DNA from: Denitrificimonas caeni DSM 24390
GTDB lineage: Bacteria; Pseudomonadota; Gammaproteobacteria; Pseudomonadales; Pseudomonadaceae
Assembly (NCBI RefSeq): GCF_000421765.1
Contig: NZ_ATXQ01000009.1
Coordinates: forward strand, 3,932-35,931
Length of the DNA: 32,000 nt
Direction of reading: 5' to 3'
The notes under the pieces were generated by a model that made no database searches, was not told the origin of the DNA, and saw nothing but the letters and a program-made list of their open reading frames with translations. The position numbers and the translations under genes were made by a program. Positions 28,279 through 32,000 of the stretch are shown here, one piece after another (positions within the stretch are counted from its first letter, which is position 1; each line of letters opens with the position of its first letter).

Positions 28279-28292
28279 AACAGGAAGACTGC

Positions 28293-30110
28293 ATGTCCTT
28301 TTCCTCACTAGGCCTCTCTCAGGCTCTGGTTAATGCCGTTGAAGCTGCCGGCTATACATCTCCATCGCCTGTGCAATTACTGGCGATTCCACCGGCACTA
28401 CAAGGTCGCGACCTCATGGTTGCCGCACAAACCGGTACCGGTAAAACTGGCGGTTTTGCTCTGCCTATTTTAGAAATTCTGTTCCCTAACGGTAAGCCTG
28501 ACCGCGAGCAGCGCCACCGTCCGCGTCAGCCCCGTGTTTTGGTATTAACCCCAACACGTGAACTGGCTGCGCAAGTGCATGACAGTTTTAGACTGTATGC
28601 CCGCGACTTACCTTTTGTCAGCGCCTGTATTTTTGGCGGTGTTGGCATGAATCCGCAGGTCAACGCGGTCGCCAAAGGTCTGGATGTTTTAGTCGCTTGC
28701 CCAGGTCGTTTATTAGACTTGGTCAATCAAGGCAAAATTGATTTAAGCGGTGTTGAAATTTTAGTCTTAGATGAAGCCGACCGTATGCTTGATATGGGCT
28801 TTATCCATGACGTGAAAAAAGTCTTAGCTAAATTGCCGAGCAAACGCCAAAACTTGTTGTTCTCTGCGACTTTCTCGCAAGACATCACCAACTTAGCGGG
28901 TCGTTTGCTCCACAACCCTGAGCGCATTGAAGTCACGCCGCCCAACACCACGGTTGAGCGTATTGAACAGCGCGTGTTCCGTATTCAAGCGTCACTCAAG
29001 CGCGCCCTGCTCGCTCACTTGATTACTCTCGGCGCGTGGGAGCAAGTTCTGGTGTTCACCCGTACTAAGCATGGCGCTAACCGCCTCGCTGAGTACTTGG
29101 ATAAAAACGGTCTACCTTCTGCGGCAATTCATGGCAACAAAAGCCAAAATGCACGCACCAAGGCTTTGGCTGACTTTAAAGCCGGTAGCGTTCGCATCCT
29201 CGTTGCCACTGATATTGCTGCGCGCGGTTTAGACATTGACCAACTGCCGCACGTGGTTAACTTTGAATTACCTAACGTTGAAGAAGACTATGTGCACCGT
29301 ATCGGTCGTACCGGTCGTGCTGGCCGTGCTGGCCAAGCGATTTCGCTGGTTGCCCCAGACGAAGAGCGTTTGCTGAAAAGCATTGAGCGCATGACCCGTC
29401 AAAATATCGAAGACGGTGATTCTTTAGGTTTTGACCCAAGCACTGTGGTGATTGAAAAAGCTGAGCCGCGCGCACCACGCCCAACACGTGGTAGCGGCTC
29501 TGGTCGTAATGCACCGCGTGCTGCAGCAGATAAAACCAGCAGCACTGACAAGCCAAGAGGCAAGCGCCCTGAAGCACGTTCAACTGAACGCAGTGAAGGC
29601 AGTACTGCCGCTAAGCCTGGCCAACGCGCACGTAATCCGCGCAACACACGCAATGAGCGTTCAGCCACAGCAACGGCTGCTGCTCCTTCGTTACCGGCCA
29701 ACCGCGATCCAGAAGTATTTCTCGATGATGCCATTGATAACTTTGGTAACAGCGTTGATTACGTTAGCCCGTATCAGGGTAAAGGCCGTGGTCGTCGTCC
29801 AAACAGTAGCGCGCCTGCAACTGCGACTGCAGCTAACGCCGGACGCACTGCACGCCAAGAGCGCAGTGGCAGCGCACCAGCTGCAGCGGATAAGCGCAGA
29901 CCAGCAAACAAACCACGCAATAGCCCTCGTCGTGAAGACAGACGCTATGTCGGCGCGAACGAGACGCCTGCGGTTCGTGAAGCTCGTAGCGCTCCACAGC
30001 CTTTGATTATTCGTAAAGGCGAGCGTTTGCCAAGCCTTGAGCAATTGGAACAGCTCGAATCACGTTCACGCAAAGAAAAACCTGCGTTACTAACCTCGCA
30101 CACAGACTAA
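28293..30110 (+). CDS. rhlE: DEAD-box ATP-dependent RNA helicase RhlE with ~225-aa basic low-complexity C-terminal extension
   Basis: A Q-motif region is present, then motif [10 protein letters not shown], motif [13 protein letters not shown], and motif [12 protein letters not shown]. The C-terminal third is rich in R, K, P, A and S. Confidence 0.95.
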   Translation: MSFSSLGLSQALVNAVEAAGYTSPSPVQLLAIPPALQGRDLMVAAQTGTGKTGGFALPILEILFPNGKPDREQRHRPRQPRVLVLTPTRELAAQVHDSFRLYARDLPFVSACIFGGVGMNPQVNAVAKGLDVLVACPGRLLDLVNQGKIDLSGVEILVLDEADRMLDMGFIHDVKKVLAKLPSKRQNLLFSATFSQDITNLAGRLLHNPERIEVTPPNTTVERIEQRVFRIQASLKRALLAHLITLGAWEQVLVFTRTKHGANRLAEYLDKNGLPSAAIHGNKSQNARTKALADFKAGSVRILVATDIAARGLDIDQLPHVVNFELPNVEEDYVHRIGRTGRAGRAGQAISLVAPDEERLLKSIERMTRQNIEDGDSLGFDPSTVVIEKAEPRAPRPTRGSGSGRNAPRAAADKTSSTDKPRGKRPEARSTERSEGSTAAKPGQRARNPRNTRNERSATATAAAPSLPANRDPEVFLDDAIDNFGNSVDYVSPYQGKGRGRRPNSSAPATATAANAGRTARQERSGSAPAAADKRRPANKPRNSPRREDRRYVGANETPAVREARSAPQPLIIRKGERLPSLEQLEQLESRSRKEKPALLTSHTD

Positions 30111-30141
30111 GCCTTCACCAGCCGATCTGCTGATGCACAGA

Positions 30142-30180
30142 GCCTCCAATCGTTATCAATTAAGATTGGGGGCTTTTTTT
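30142..30180 (+). terminator. Rho-independent terminator of rhlE
   Basis: GCCTCCAATC (30142-30151) pairs with GATTGGGGGC (30164-30173) with one G-U wobble and a 12-nt loop, followed by T7 (30174-30180). Confidence 0.85.
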
Positions 30181-30212
30181 AAGCTGAAAATAAGCTAGAT
30201 TTATAGCGCTGT

Positions 30213-30240
30213 TTGACATGAGCTATAGATGCTTTATAAA
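30213..30240 (+). promoter_or_regulatory. Candidate sigma70 promoter of the BCCT transporter gene (-35 TTGACA, 16-nt spacer, -10 TATAAA)
   Basis: Consensus TTGACA at 30213-30218 and TATAAA at 30235-30240, about 62 nt upstream of the ATG. Confidence 0.55.
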
Positions 30241-30302
30241 AAGAAAATAAACAAGCTGATATCATTGCGCTATATGTGATTTAGCACCTTTAAGGAGTTC
30301 CC

Positions 30303-32000
30303 ATGGAAGCACCCACTAAACGCAGTGCTACGATTAGCCCGCCCGTGTTTTATACGTCCGCCGTGCTTATTGCTTTACTGGTTTTATTTGCCAGTGTGTT
30401 GCCAGAAACTGCACAAAGATTTTTTGGCGATATGCAGGCATGGATCGTTGAAAACGTCAGCTGGTTCTATGTCCTTGCGGTTGCTCTCGTTCTACTGTCG
30501 GCTATATTTATGGCGGCTAGTCGTTACGGTGATATCAAGCTCGGGCCAGACCACAGTCAACCGGACTATAAAAGCACTTCATGGTTCGCCATGCTGTTCT
30601 CTGCCGGTATGGGTATTGGCTTGATGTTCTTCGGTGTCGCCGAACCTGTGATGCACTTTATTGCACCACCTGTGGGAGACCCCAATACCGTAGAAGCCGC
30701 ACGCGAAGCCATGAAACTGACCTTTTTCCACTGGGGTCTGCATGCTTGGGCTATTTACGCCGTTGTTGCGTTGATTCTCGCCTTCTTCTCTTACCGCCAT
30801 GGCTTGCCGCTAACATTGCGTTCAGCGCTGTATCCATTGATTGGTGAGCGCATTTACGGTCCTATCGGCCATGCGGTTGATATTTTCGCCATCATCAGCA
30901 CCGTTTTAGGTATTGCCACCTCGCTGGGTTACGGCGTTTTACAAATCAACAGTGGTTTTAACTACTTATTTGGTTTGCCGGTTGGCACCAATATTCAAGT
31001 GATGTTGATCGTAGTGATTACCGCCCTAGCTACGTTGTCAGTAGCAACGGGCTTGGATAAAGGTATTCGGATTTTATCGGAAATCAACCTGTCCTTAGCG
31101 GTAATCCTCTTAGTTTTAGTACTGATGCTCGGCCCAACCGCGCTGCTACTAAAAAGCTTTGTGGAAAACACTGGCGGCTATTTATCTGAGATCGTTAGCA
31201 ACACCTTTAACCTGTTTGCTTACGAGCCAACCGATTGGTTAGGTGGTTGGACCCTGCTGTATTGGGGTTGGTGGCTCTCTTGGTCACCTTTTGTCGGTAT
31301 GTTTATTGCCCGTGTTTCGCGCGGCCGTACCATTCGTGAGTTTTTAACCGGCGTACTACTGGTTCCTACAGGTTTTACTTTCATGTGGATGACGGTGTTT
31401 GGTAACACTTCCATCAACATGATCATGAATGAGGGTATTACTAGCCTTGCGGATCAGGTCAACGCCGATACGTCCTTAGCCTTATTTGCTTTCTTAGAAC
31501 ACTTCCCTTTCTCCAGCGTGCTGTCGATGGTCGCTGTCTGTATGGTGATATTGTTCTTTGTGACTTCGGCTGACTCCGGCTCTTTAGTCATCGATATGCT
31601 CGCCTCTGGCGGTAAAACAGAAACACCGTTATGGCAGCGTATTTTCTGGGCTTCTTCAACCGGTATTGTCGCCATTACATTGCTGCTCACCGGTGGTTTA
31701 GGCGCATTACAATCTGCCACCATTGCCAGTGCACTGCCCTTCTCGATTATCTTGCTGATATCGATTTGGGGCTTATTCAAAGCACTGCACCTTGACTCAA
31801 CCAAGCGCGTGCTCAGACATCAAAGTGCTACGCATTACTCGCGCAAACACAAAAGCACTGGCGGCTGGCAACGTCGTCTACGCAGCATGGTGATGTTCCC
31901 ACGCCGATCTCACGTCAATCGTTTTATTGATGAAGTGGTACTCCCAGGATTTGAAGAAGTAGCCGTTGAGCTGCGTAAACAAGGTTATGCTGTTGAAGTG
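30303..32000 (+). CDS. betT: BCCT-family choline/glycine-betaine transporter (BetT-like), first 566 codons; 3' end beyond window
   Basis: Absent from the ORF track because there is no stop in the window. ATG 30303 lies 6 nt after TAAGGAG. The translation MEAPTKRSATISPPVFYTSAVLIALLV...SWFAMLFSAGMGIGLMFFGVAEPVMHF...LTFFHWGLHAWAIY...LPLTLRSALYPLIGERIYGPIGHAVDI has the hallmarks of the BCCT family. I checked the frame as open at the start and over the last ~200 nt. Confidence 0.9.
   Translation, partial: MEAPTKRSATISPPVFYTSAVLIALLVLFASVLPETAQRFFGDMQAWIVENVSWFYVLAVALVLLSAIFMAASRYGDIKLGPDHSQPDYKSTSWFAMLFSAGMGIGLMFFGVAEPVMHFIAPPVGDPNTVEAAREAMKLTFFHWGLHAWAIYAVVALILAFFSYRHGLPLTLRSALYPLIGERIYGPIGHAVDIFAIISTVLGIATSLGYGVLQINSGFNYLFGLPVGTNIQVMLIVVITALATLSVATGLDKGIRILSEINLSLAVILLVLVLMLGPTALLLKSFVENTGGYLSEIVSNTFNLFAYEPTDWLGGWTLLYWGWWLSWSPFVGMFIARVSRGRTIREFLTGVLLVPTGFTFMWMTVFGNTSINMIMNEGITSLADQVNADTSLALFAFLEHFPFSSVLSMVAVCMVILFFVTSADSGSLVIDMLASGGKTETPLWQRIFWASSTGIVAITLLLTGGLGALQSATIASALPFSIILLISIWGLFKALHLDSTKRVLRHQSATHYSRKHKSTGGWQRRLRSMVMFPRRSHVNRFIDEVVLPGFEEVAVELRKQGYAVEV

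Noticed and set aside
29399-30044. Three overlapping ORFs (29452-30006 plus strand, 29399-29734 and 29691-30044 minus strand) in the rhlE 3' third.
   Set aside because: They arise from the GC-rich, codon-biased region encoding the R/A/P-rich RhlE tail. The rhlE frame is continuous from a well-supported helicase core.

Overview
All identifications below come from reading the sequence and recalling protein motifs; no database search was run.

The window looks like core chromosome of a Pseudomonas-like gammaproteobacterium. GC is roughly 50-55% on the lines I sampled. The gene order matches my recollection of the Pseudomonas fda-pgk-epd-tktA-metK and rhlE-metF-sahH neighbourhoods, and Pseudomonas-type REP elements are present.

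**Minus-strand block (1-7514).** This co-oriented block reads sahR-like, metK, tkt, epd, pgk, fba. The fba gene is truncated by the window edge.

**Middle of the window.**
- A small orphan ORF followed by yccS.
- An AAG/Mpg-type 3-methyladenine glycosylase.
- An AT-rich insert of about 600 bp carrying one orphan membrane ORF.
- An Fcy1-type deaminase.
- A NemR-like TetR repressor with yqhD and curA homologues, and two near-identical palindromic boxes.
- A lipoprotein plus a YiiX-type permuted papain-like protein.
- An inverted REP pair.
- A NOX/ferric-reductase-type membrane flavocytochrome lying divergent from ligB.
- An uncharacterised polytopic permease of about 490 aa.
- A lipoprotein cytochrome c' lying divergent from an orphan ccoG.
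- A MocR-type regulator and a MAPEG protein.

**Right end.** A clear SAH riboswitch precedes ahcY-metF. After that come rhlE, which has a long basic tail, and a BCCT (BetT-like) transporter truncated by the window edge.

**What is absent.** I found no CRISPR array, tRNA or rRNA gene, transposase, integrase or recognisable defence system. I found no convincing multi-gene system of unknown function.

**Most noteworthy observations.**
- Two different SAH-sensing devices sit in one window: a SahR-type protein next to metK, and an SAH riboswitch on ahcY-metF.
- A NemR-type regulon appears wired to yqhD-curA.
- The AT-rich micro-islet.
- A bacterial NOX homologue.
- Several unexplained palindromes and hairpins.

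Interest scores are kept moderate to reflect this.
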